From an uncultured Chloroflexia bacterium (lineage in GTDB: Bacteria; Chloroflexota; Anaerolineae; Anaerolineales; UBA4823): a DNA stretch of 64,000 nucleotides. How positions within the stretch are numbered: the stretch's first letter is position 1; every line of letters begins with the position of its first letter. Both the position numbers and the translations under genes were made by a program. Under the pieces are notes generated by a model. The model searched no databases and had not been told where the DNA came from. It saw nothing but the letters and a program-made list of their open reading frames with translations. The stretch lies in the NCBI GenBank assembly GCA_963797475.1, contig CAWCPR010000019.1, positions 186,987 through 250,986 on the forward strand. The letters are read 5' to 3'. Positions 57,201-64,000 of this stretch are shown here, in pieces.

Positions 57201-59873
57201 CAAGCGATCCTTTTTCTCGAGCGTGCCGTCTCGGAGAAAAGAGACGAGAACGGCCAATTTAGAGAAAATAGCCTTGACGCCCTTGCTCCTGTCGATCTAT
57301 TAATCGAGCTATCCAGCGCTTACCGCCAAATCGGTCACTACGAGGCCGCACTCAAAACATTGGATGAAACGATCAATCTAAAACCGGGTGATGCAAACCT
57401 TTATGTAAGCAAAGCGGATCTGCTGCTCCAGGCGGGAGAACCACAAGAAGCACAGGCGATTATTCAAAAAGCCCTTGAAATCAACCCGGCGGATGCAGGT
57501 CTCCATCACAAGGCCGCCATCATCTTGCGCGCCAATAACGACCTCCCCTCTGCTTTAGCCCACGCCGAACAGGCGGCGTTCTTGGAAACGAACGGTTCTG
57601 GAATGAGCCACTACCTTGCTGCAGAATTGGCTTGTATTATGCTCCAACCGTTCAGAGCGCGTGAAATCCTTAAAAACCAAAGCGTGCCTGCAGAGGAAAA
57701 TGATACCCAGGTAGATGCCCTGCTTTTACGGACAGAGCTTGCCCTTGAAGCAGGCGAAGATTCCCAGGCTTCTGCGCTATTTGCAGCCAGCGGCGAAAAG
57801 GCCCCCCTGCACCCGCGTGGTCTTTCTGTTCAAGCGCGACTGACAGCCCGGCATGGCGACCATAAAGGGGCCGTCCAGTTTCTTCAGGAAGCCTTGAGAG
57901 GCATCCATTTCCCTCCAGCCCGAAAGAGCGTAGAGCCCGTGCGGCCACTTGGGAATGATGAAATTGCTGCCTGGCGCGGCGTGGGTGAAGCGGCTTTGGA
58001 GATTGCCGAATGGAATTTATCTTTGGAGCTATTCGGCAAAATTGCCGAAAATACTTCGCAAGAACCGCTGTCCCATCTTCAACTGGCGCGTGCACTGGTC
58101 CTTCAGGCCGAAGCACAACGGTTATGTAATGCCCTGGAAGTTGTCCAACATGCACCGGGAAACGAGTCGCTTTCGGAAGAATCCTATCAATTGTTTGAAA
58201 ATGCCATACAAGCTGCCTTTAAGCTGGTGGAAAGCTGGAAGTCATCAACCCCCGGAGACAAGCCTGCGGAAGGAGTTTCAGGAGAACAAGGCTCTGCCAC
58301 GCAAACATTCCGTCAAATCCCTCAATCCAGGGCCAGCATCGAGCGCTGGTATGCCCGTGGGAAAGCTGCATTCCACCCGGCGCCGCAGAGCGTGCAAGCC
58401 CTCGAAGGATTGCCCCCTGGTCCGGATATTGTCGCGGCTTTGGTTTCAACCCTGGGCACTTATGGTGATCCTATAGCGGCAACGAAGGCTGCACAGGCAT
58501 ACCCCCAACATCCCTGGGTTCTGCTGCAGCTTGCCCTGGTACAGGCCAATCAAAACCCTCAGCAAGCGCTGGGCACGGCTACCGTAGCGGTCGAATACCT
58601 ATCCCAAAGGTCTTATAAACGGCCGCACGAGACCCCCTTGCGGTACTTTCTATTGGCAAGACTGGCTCACCGGGTTGGCAATCATGCCATGGCCTTAAAG
58701 GCTATTCAAGCTGCTTTGAATTCCAGGCCTGATGAACCTCGTTGGCACGCATTGGCCGCCGAAATCTTCCAATTCAAAGGCGACCCTGCCTCACCCGCAG
58801 ACATCCCCGCCGCCGTCGCGCATTTGGAATCAGCCACACGCTTAGAACCCAAACATGCCCCCCATTACCTGGCTCTCGGTCGTGCGTACCTGGAAATCGG
58901 AGAGCATTCTAAAGGTCTGGAAACCCTGGAACAAGCCTGCCGCATCGCCCCCAATGAGTTTGAATCATGGTTAGCCCTCTCCTGCGCACAATTGGCTATA
59001 GGAGATTTAGAACAGGCAGCGGTAAGCGCCGAAAATGCGGTTGAGCATGCTGAGGACCCAATGGAGGCTTTGTTGCTGCGCGGCGAAATTGCTTTGAAAA
59101 CCAATAACCCGCGTGGCGCTCAAAGCCGGGCTCAGGCTGTCCTGCATATGAGGCCCGATCAACCACAGGCACTGACCCTGCTTGCTCACGCTCTAAAAGA
59201 TCTGAACCGGCCGGCCGAAGCGCTAGAGATATTGGAAAAGGCTATCCCACTTATCGGAAACCCGTTGCCTTTGCAATTGGAACGCGCTGCATTACTGCGG
59301 ATGTCTCAGGGCCAGGAAACTGCCTTAATCGCGTTGCAGGACCTGGCTAACCACTATCCCCAAGATGCGATGGTGCTGGCATCTTTGGCTGAGGCTTTAA
59401 TGGAAGGGAAAAAACCTGAGACCGCCATCCAGGCTGCCCGGCAGGCGCTGCAAATCGATGCAGGCGAACTGCCGCCACAAGCGAAATCACAGCTCCACTT
59501 TTTGATCGGCCGCCAACAGCGGCATAACGGCCAATTAGACCAGGCAATCCATCATTTGAGCCAGGCAATTCAACTTTGGCGCGAGAACGTGGAAGCCTAC
59601 CTGGAACTCGGATTCTCCCACCAGGACCGGCGCCAACAAAATCTGGCGTTAAAAGTCTACCAGCAAGCCATGCAAATCGCCTCCAACGATTACCGGCCCT
59701 ATTACCAGGCCGGGTTGGCATTGAAAGAGAGCAAAGATTACATGGGAGCAGAGTTTATGCTTCGCCGGGCAGCCCAATTAGCGCCTAACGATGTCAGCAT
59801 CCACAGGCTGCTCGGCGCAGTTGTCGCTCTGAATCTCGTCCACAACAGACACCAAACACCATCACACCTGTAA
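54228..59873 (+). CDS. giant tetratricopeptide-repeat protein (1881 aa)
   Basis: Dozens of 34-aa TPR-like units (e.g. EAIEAWKQATQIDPGN, AMGEFQQATQLAPHQAETWLAYAEAY, ALKVYQQAMQIASNDYRPYYQAGLAL). No signal peptide seen. Confidence 0.85.
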   Translation: MTSSHHLVELKKKFPGEVWNWLVLSLRQDPSIWNQLEDTDFGRSALEELTNQPEDWSPASLALLDMHYSAPRNALFSEPMPPLTPPLKRMANQAYQGWIAKQPTGATRLAQAGLIALYLREQRIENGSWQDVCIEILLRSEQNTQLTSTILACLFGMISDPVDLLSNLIVSEVPGIVPSKKSNLAVQMVLSNPLLPEEQGRIFSQSLGKINLDQQLAVLKALREQRQSLAVQLTKALAENSINLDQKSGNEPGSQEFGRSASDLLKRLTKLVETSEICRLGAQPTLFIPTAKDAIALTRHIQAFLADQVGQTALLSGENNEAIEAWKQATQIDPGNSLYAAGLAKALIRSGRSEDAQAYLTTVHSELHQPLHPAIQLATLMAISSQNQPELVKTGATNVAKTILAGYELESYENSASYSDDLKSLCHLLLELGLNNEAAQIAEFILTKHPNDPIFLEIFARALYSNGLFSKALAPALVLVVLEPENLSLRNLFVDILEGSQEWTTALNERKAILEQSEVHSLKEIHDLAKCALNAGDIEQALQACENALEMDPKNGAIFATLGRVRIALGDNEQAMGEFQQATQLAPHQAETWLAYAEAYCATGQPAKALEILRTASLATPNDPQIHLALGKSYLEEKSPTQALTSFRQAAALLNYKSAPPSSGTGEKDVKSTPEGPPSRLALQIAYHLGETLHQLGHLEEARQVLEEAYSKAQGNPDLAYAYAKILLDLDEDKAALPALKVIVKSKPESPTPYLEYARALLAADEQPQRALTLLNHVLKSSENMPAVSQEAQALLGEAYAAAGNLAKAREAFRQALDSPIAQEPSWRARLSMGFGKVNLLLGQVETALAALQEAVSFGSQDARIHRSLSEAYLESGLITESFQAAHEALKLEPSDLANLTWFVSQALRIHEQPGGIQLTAEEDAIQALKRATQLAPERGDLLIRLGELELREGNSQAALDAFNRLAAIPKALDSDLYQAAIQLRQLGSSEQAILFLERAVSEKRDENGQFRENSLDALAPVDLLIELSSAYRQIGHYEAALKTLDETINLKPGDANLYVSKADLLLQAGEPQEAQAIIQKALEINPADAGLHHKAAIILRANNDLPSALAHAEQAAFLETNGSGMSHYLAAELACIMLQPFRAREILKNQSVPAEENDTQVDALLLRTELALEAGEDSQASALFAASGEKAPLHPRGLSVQARLTARHGDHKGAVQFLQEALRGIHFPPARKSVEPVRPLGNDEIAAWRGVGEAALEIAEWNLSLELFGKIAENTSQEPLSHLQLARALVLQAEAQRLCNALEVVQHAPGNESLSEESYQLFENAIQAAFKLVESWKSSTPGDKPAEGVSGEQGSATQTFRQIPQSRASIERWYARGKAAFHPAPQSVQALEGLPPGPDIVAALVSTLGTYGDPIAATKAAQAYPQHPWVLLQLALVQANQNPQQALGTATVAVEYLSQRSYKRPHETPLRYFLLARLAHRVGNHAMALKAIQAALNSRPDEPRWHALAAEIFQFKGDPASPADIPAAVAHLESATRLEPKHAPHYLALGRAYLEIGEHSKGLETLEQACRIAPNEFESWLALSCAQLAIGDLEQAAVSAENAVEHAEDPMEALLLRGEIALKTNNPRGAQSRAQAVLHMRPDQPQALTLLAHALKDLNRPAEALEILEKAIPLIGNPLPLQLERAALLRMSQGQETALIALQDLANHYPQDAMVLASLAEALMEGKKPETAIQAARQALQIDAGELPPQAKSQLHFLIGRQQRHNGQLDQAIHHLSQAIQLWRENVEAYLELGFSHQDRRQQNLALKVYQQAMQIASNDYRPYYQAGLALKESKDYMGAEFMLRRAAQLAPNDVSIHRLLGAVVALNLVHNRHQTPSHL

Positions 59874-59878
59874 ACAAT

Positions 59879-62545
59879 ATGAGCTCTACATCGAACTTCG
59901 CCACTACATTGGACCAACAGTTACTGACTCGCCAGTCTTACATAAAAATGCTGAAGGCCGGTAATTCGACCGGTGAATTCCAATTCGTACACAATGCAGC
60001 AATGAACTGGCTGGCAGCTTATCCAGGCGACTTACAAGTAGGTTTACTGTACGCCATATCTTTAATGGAATTGGACAAAATACGCCAATCCTTGCCGGTT
60101 TTCGAGGGGCTTTGCCAGGCAGACCCGGAATTCTTGCAGGCGGCTGAGGGATTATTCAAGGCGCAATCAAAGACGAATGACCGCCAGGTCCCGAATACAC
60201 TGGCTTATCTCCTGGCCTTGGGCGGAAATGCGGGCGAACAAGAGACTGTGGCGCTTTGGGGTCGCCAGCTTTGGCTAAGCCGGTTTGCGATGCAAAAAGG
60301 CAACTTCGACCAGGCGGAAGATCTAATCCGCCAGATCCTGGCTATCGATCCCCCAACGCCATTAGTGGCCGTCACCCACCTGGAGATCTTAGAAGCCAAT
60401 GGACAGAGCCCGCTGCCAGCAAAATGCAGTCTGGCGGATTTCTACCACCAACGTTGGCCAAACTGCGTTCAGTGTACTTTATTCCTGGCCAATTGGTTGA
60501 TGGACAGCGGCGAGCATGATCGCGCTGTCTCCCTGCTGCACCAGGCAGCAGTGCGTGATGTGGGCGGTCAGGTTGCTACCCGCGTTTGGGGACACGGACA
60601 CCCTTATCGAAAAGTTTGGCCCACGAACTTAGAATTGGAGTTAAAATCCCAAATCCCCTCCGCTGTCGCTGCCGCTTTAGGTTGGAACCAGCTACCCAAA
60701 GAAATTCATAAGCAAGAAAAAGCAATACCGGCTTCTACTGCACCTGGAGAAGCGGTACTAACCCAGGCTCCGGAAACGGTCAGTGAATCGCTGCAAAGAC
60801 CGGATCGCCCACCCTTATATTCGCCTGTTGACCTTCCTGAATCTTTACTTCCGATCCAGGAAGAACTTGAAAAAATGGCGGGGCGATTAAACAGGCCAGG
60901 GCTTACACAATCTGATGGACGTTTTCCAGTCTACGTGGTCTTCTCCGTGCGTTCAAGGCTGGAATCGTATTATGGATTCCAGGCAGCCGGAGAGATCGAG
61001 GCGGAGATGGCCCGTCTGGCTGAAACTGCCCAAACCAAACCTTTAAGTCGGGAACGCCGGTTTTGGGGTGGGCGGATCTTTTTTCCTGATGCACCCTCAG
61101 GCTTTGAGAATTTCGAGTTTAAGCCTGCGAAACCAGGGGATCCCTGGGAATTAAAGCTTGCGCTGGCGGATTTGGACTCTTTCCTGGCGCAACGCGGCGA
61201 AAAAATCGGCTCGCTCCTGATCGTCGGAGGACCGGAAATTGTCCCTTTCCACCACCTGCCAAACCCTGTCGATGACGAAGATGCAGATGTGCCTTCAGAT
61301 AACCCGTATGCCACCCGGGATGAGAACTACTTCATACCCGAATGGCCGGTTGGCCGGGTTCCGGGTGGCTGCGGAAATGACCCTTCTCTGATCCTTAAAA
61401 CACTGCGCCAAATGAACTCCCAGCTTCGCGACCGATCCCGCAGGAGACCCTGGTACAAGAGGCTCTGGAAGCAACTCACAGGCTGGATCAAGCCTTCCCC
61501 CACCGCTGGCCGCCAGAGCCTGGGCTACACCGCTGCGATCTGGAAGCAATCCTCCCTTCAGGTTTTTCATCCGATCGGGGAAGCAGGTGCAATGCTGGTC
61601 TCCCCTCCAACGTCTGTCAACGCTGGACCGGGGAATGAAATATCTCAATTCGTTTTACCCCTTGCAAAATTAGGCTACTACAATTTGCATGGTTTGATAG
61701 ACGCCGGAGAATGGTACGGGCACCGGGATGCTTATACCGATCAGGATGGACCAGATTACCCGGTGGCGCTACGTCCGGAGGATATCTACAATGGTGTGGA
61801 CTGCAAACCTGCGCCATCAGTGGTTTTTAGCGAAGCCTGCTACGGCGCGCATATTGAAGGAAAGGCCATTCCAGAGGCATTGTCGCTCAGCTTTTTATCC
61901 GCCGGCTGCCAGACATTGATCGGCTCGACCTGTATGGCTTATGGTTCGGTAAACAAGCCGCTCATCGCAGCCGACCTGCTTGGATATGTATTCTGGAGTC
62001 GTTTGCGTGAGGGATTGCCGGCTGGAGAGGCTTTGCGGTGGGCAAAAATCCAGCTTGCGAACGAGATGAACCAGCGCCAGGGTTATCTGGATGGCGAGGA
62101 TCAGAAGACGCTTATTTCTTTTGTCCTTTATGGCGACCCAATGGCGCGGCTATCAGCCAACCAAAGATCTTCGAAACATGTGCGCCAATTTTTAACGCAA
62201 CCGGCTGAGATCAAGACGGTTTGCGACCGGGTGGATTCACATCAAGATGTCCAAACGGTTCCACAAGAAGTTCTGGAATACGTCCGGCATGTCGTTACCC
62301 AATATCTTCCTGGGATGGAAGGGGCTCGAATGACCTTTGCCAGGGAACATGCTAAATGCGACACTTCCTCACATAAATGCCCAACCGGACAGCTTCACAA
62401 GACCACACAGGTGGAGCAAGCCCCAAACCGGCGCCTAGTCACCTTGAGCAAGCAGGTCCAGCGCGCCGATCACACCCACAATCAATATGCGCGTCTGACT
62501 CTGGACGCAAAAGGAAAGCTTGTCAAATTGGTAGTTTCTCGCTGA
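59879..62545 (+). CDS. TPR-like N-terminal domain fused to a gingipain (C25)/caspase-like clan-CD cysteine peptidase domain
   Basis: LLIVGGPEIVPFH...SDNPYA...VGRVPG resembles the peptidase C25 core. The candidate dyad is His604 (YYNLHG, 61688-90) and Cys654 (VVFSEACYG, 61838-40), followed by FVLYGDP. There is a 5-nt gap from the TPR gene. Confidence 0.65.
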   Translation: MSSTSNFATTLDQQLLTRQSYIKMLKAGNSTGEFQFVHNAAMNWLAAYPGDLQVGLLYAISLMELDKIRQSLPVFEGLCQADPEFLQAAEGLFKAQSKTNDRQVPNTLAYLLALGGNAGEQETVALWGRQLWLSRFAMQKGNFDQAEDLIRQILAIDPPTPLVAVTHLEILEANGQSPLPAKCSLADFYHQRWPNCVQCTLFLANWLMDSGEHDRAVSLLHQAAVRDVGGQVATRVWGHGHPYRKVWPTNLELELKSQIPSAVAAALGWNQLPKEIHKQEKAIPASTAPGEAVLTQAPETVSESLQRPDRPPLYSPVDLPESLLPIQEELEKMAGRLNRPGLTQSDGRFPVYVVFSVRSRLESYYGFQAAGEIEAEMARLAETAQTKPLSRERRFWGGRIFFPDAPSGFENFEFKPAKPGDPWELKLALADLDSFLAQRGEKIGSLLIVGGPEIVPFHHLPNPVDDEDADVPSDNPYATRDENYFIPEWPVGRVPGGCGNDPSLILKTLRQMNSQLRDRSRRRPWYKRLWKQLTGWIKPSPTAGRQSLGYTAAIWKQSSLQVFHPIGEAGAMLVSPPTSVNAGPGNEISQFVLPLAKLGYYNLHGLIDAGEWYGHRDAYTDQDGPDYPVALRPEDIYNGVDCKPAPSVVFSEACYGAHIEGKAIPEALSLSFLSAGCQTLIGSTCMAYGSVNKPLIAADLLGYVFWSRLREGLPAGEALRWAKIQLANEMNQRQGYLDGEDQKTLISFVLYGDPMARLSANQRSSKHVRQFLTQPAEIKTVCDRVDSHQDVQTVPQEVLEYVRHVVTQYLPGMEGARMTFAREHAKCDTSSHKCPTGQLHKTTQVEQAPNRRLVTLSKQVQRADHTHNQYARLTLDAKGKLVKLVVSR

Positions 62546-62573
62546 TACCAAAATTCTAAGCACCGGAATAGTC

Positions 62574-62610
62574 AAAACGAGGCCTGTCAATAAGCCTCGT
62601 TTTAATTTTC
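62574..62610 (+). terminator. strong rho-independent terminator
   Basis: AAAACGAGGC-N10-GCCTCGTTTT forms a perfect 10-bp stem followed by AATTTTCCC. Confidence 0.7.
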
Positions 62611-62652
62611 CCATCACTTTCACCAACAAGCAAACATGGTATCATCACGCAT

Positions 62653-64000
62653 ATGGGAAACCGAGGACAATTCTCCGCCTTACGTTTTATCTCATTGGCC
62701 TTCATACTGATCGCCGTAGTGTTGACAACGGTGCAGTTGGCGCGCTTTAGCAGGATTCGCGCCTTTTTTCCGGCTGGCCTGAAAATTGCCGGCGTTCCGG
62801 TTGGCGGCCTGGACCGCCAGCAAGCGGCCCAACGCTTGTTGGAAGTTTATTCGCTGCCTGTTCAGCTCCATTACAACAATTCAACGATCGATCTGAACCC
62901 TGCCGTCGTTGATTTTCAATTAGATATTGACAGTATGTTGGCTGCTGCTGACCTGGAACGCACCCAAAATCTTTTCTGGCAAGATTATTGGGACTTCTTA
63001 TGAAGTCGTAATACGGCTCCGGCAGAGATCCCCCTGCGGGCTTCCTTCTCAGAGCCCCGGTTGAGAGCACTTTTAACGGACATCGCGACCCGTTATGACC
63101 AACCGCCTGTATCAGCCATGCCGGTCGCCGGAAGTGTCAACTTTCAACCCGGTAAACCCGGCACTGCATTGGATATTGATGGTTCGGTATTGGTAATAGA
63201 AACCGCAATGCGCTCTCTGACGAACCGCCAGGTCGATCTGACAATCCAGCATGAACGACCTTCCCGCCCGGCATTCAATAACCTTGGGATTCTGCTGCGA
63301 CAAACGATCCAGGTATCCGGATTTGACGGCCTGGCAGGCGTCTACCTTTTAGATTTGCAGTCAGGCCAGGAGCTGCACTTTTCCTACCAAAATGGAACGG
63401 ACCTGCCGGTTGAACCAGATATCGCTTTCACAGCTTCGAGCATCATCAAAGTACCCATCATGGTTTCTATTTTCCACCGGATGGGTGATGCCTCCGATCC
63501 TGAAACCTTGAAGCTTCTTTCGGATATGATCGACCTTTCAGGAAATGAAGCCGCCGATTGGTTGATGGATCGGGTGATTGATCCAAAACGAGGTCCATTG
63601 CTTGTCAGCGAAGATATGCAGGCAATCGGCTTAAAAAACACTTTTCTGGCAGGCTACTTCACTTTCGGCTCTCCGCTGCTCGCTGCTTTCAAGACGCCAG
63701 CCAACGAGCGACCGGATGTCAATACCGACCCAGATCCCTACAGCCAGACAACACCTTCAGACATCGGAATGCTGCTCGAAGATCTGTATATGTGCGCTCA
63801 AACCGGCGGAGGCACGCTCCCAGCGGTATTTCCGGGCGATATCAATCAGACTAAATGCCAGACGATGGTCACCTATCTGGTAAACAATAAGCTGCCGGTT
63901 CTGCTGACAGCCGGGATTCCCGAAGGCACACAGATCGCTCACAAACATGGATGGGTTTCCACTAACGGGATCATCAACACCATTGGCGACGCAGGGATCA
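62653..64000 (+). CDS. membrane-anchored class-A beta-lactamase-like serine hydrolase with in-frame TGA at 63001-63003 (3' end outside window)
   Basis: One frame runs from 62653 to the window end and is interrupted only by TGA 63001. N-terminal TM is ISLAFILIAVVLTTV. Downstream motifs are SxxK (ASSIIK), SxN (SGNEA) and KxG (HKHGW). Confidence 0.6.

Overview
This is a 64-kb bacterial chromosomal window with about 58 supportable genes. Gene content looks Chloroflexota/Anaerolineae-like, but that is inference only.

Layout:
- 1-1.3 kb: 3' part of aceK.
- 1.3-11.3 kb: AT-richer accessory tract. It holds tRNA-Leu(UAA) followed by a decayed integrative island, closed by a 57-nt copy of the tRNA 3' half. 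Inside are an integrase remnant, a divergent PLD-like gene and an intact IS21-family element with a 5-bp TSD. Two orphan membrane-protein genes and an IS1182-like element follow.
- 11.3-43 kb: housekeeping and redox genes, namely fmt, panE-like, pdp, a PAS-GAF-GGDEF protein, udg, queA, ruvB, upp, a Ser/Thr kinase, aceB-aceA, a GAF-HK/NarL pair, cupredoxin, cytochrome c, bcp, two moeA paralogs, ubiA-like, and arsR followed by a P1B-ATPase and a rhodanese, plus proline dehydrogenase.
- 43-62.6 kb: a compact sigma-54 module (rpoN, a histidine kinase and an NtrC-type activator without a DNA-binding domain). Downstream lie a hypothetical gene plus ftsZ, an LCP-like gene, and an operon encoding a small TM protein, a 1881-aa TPR protein and a TPR plus gingipain/caspase-like protease.
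- 62.6-64 kb: a beta-lactamase-like serine hydrolase running off the window.

Most notable:
1. An in-frame TGA aligns without gaps to the catalytic Cys of a rhodanese and is followed by a GC hairpin, making it a candidate selenoprotein.
2. Three intergenic, correctly oriented sigma-54 -24/-12 promoter matches lie in front of rpoN itself, the unit leading into ftsZ, and the TPR/protease operon.
3. Five ORF lesions are present: two homopolymer frameshifts, two in-frame TGAs and one missing canonical start. They need read-level verification.

No rRNA genes, CRISPR arrays or recognisable known defence systems were seen.
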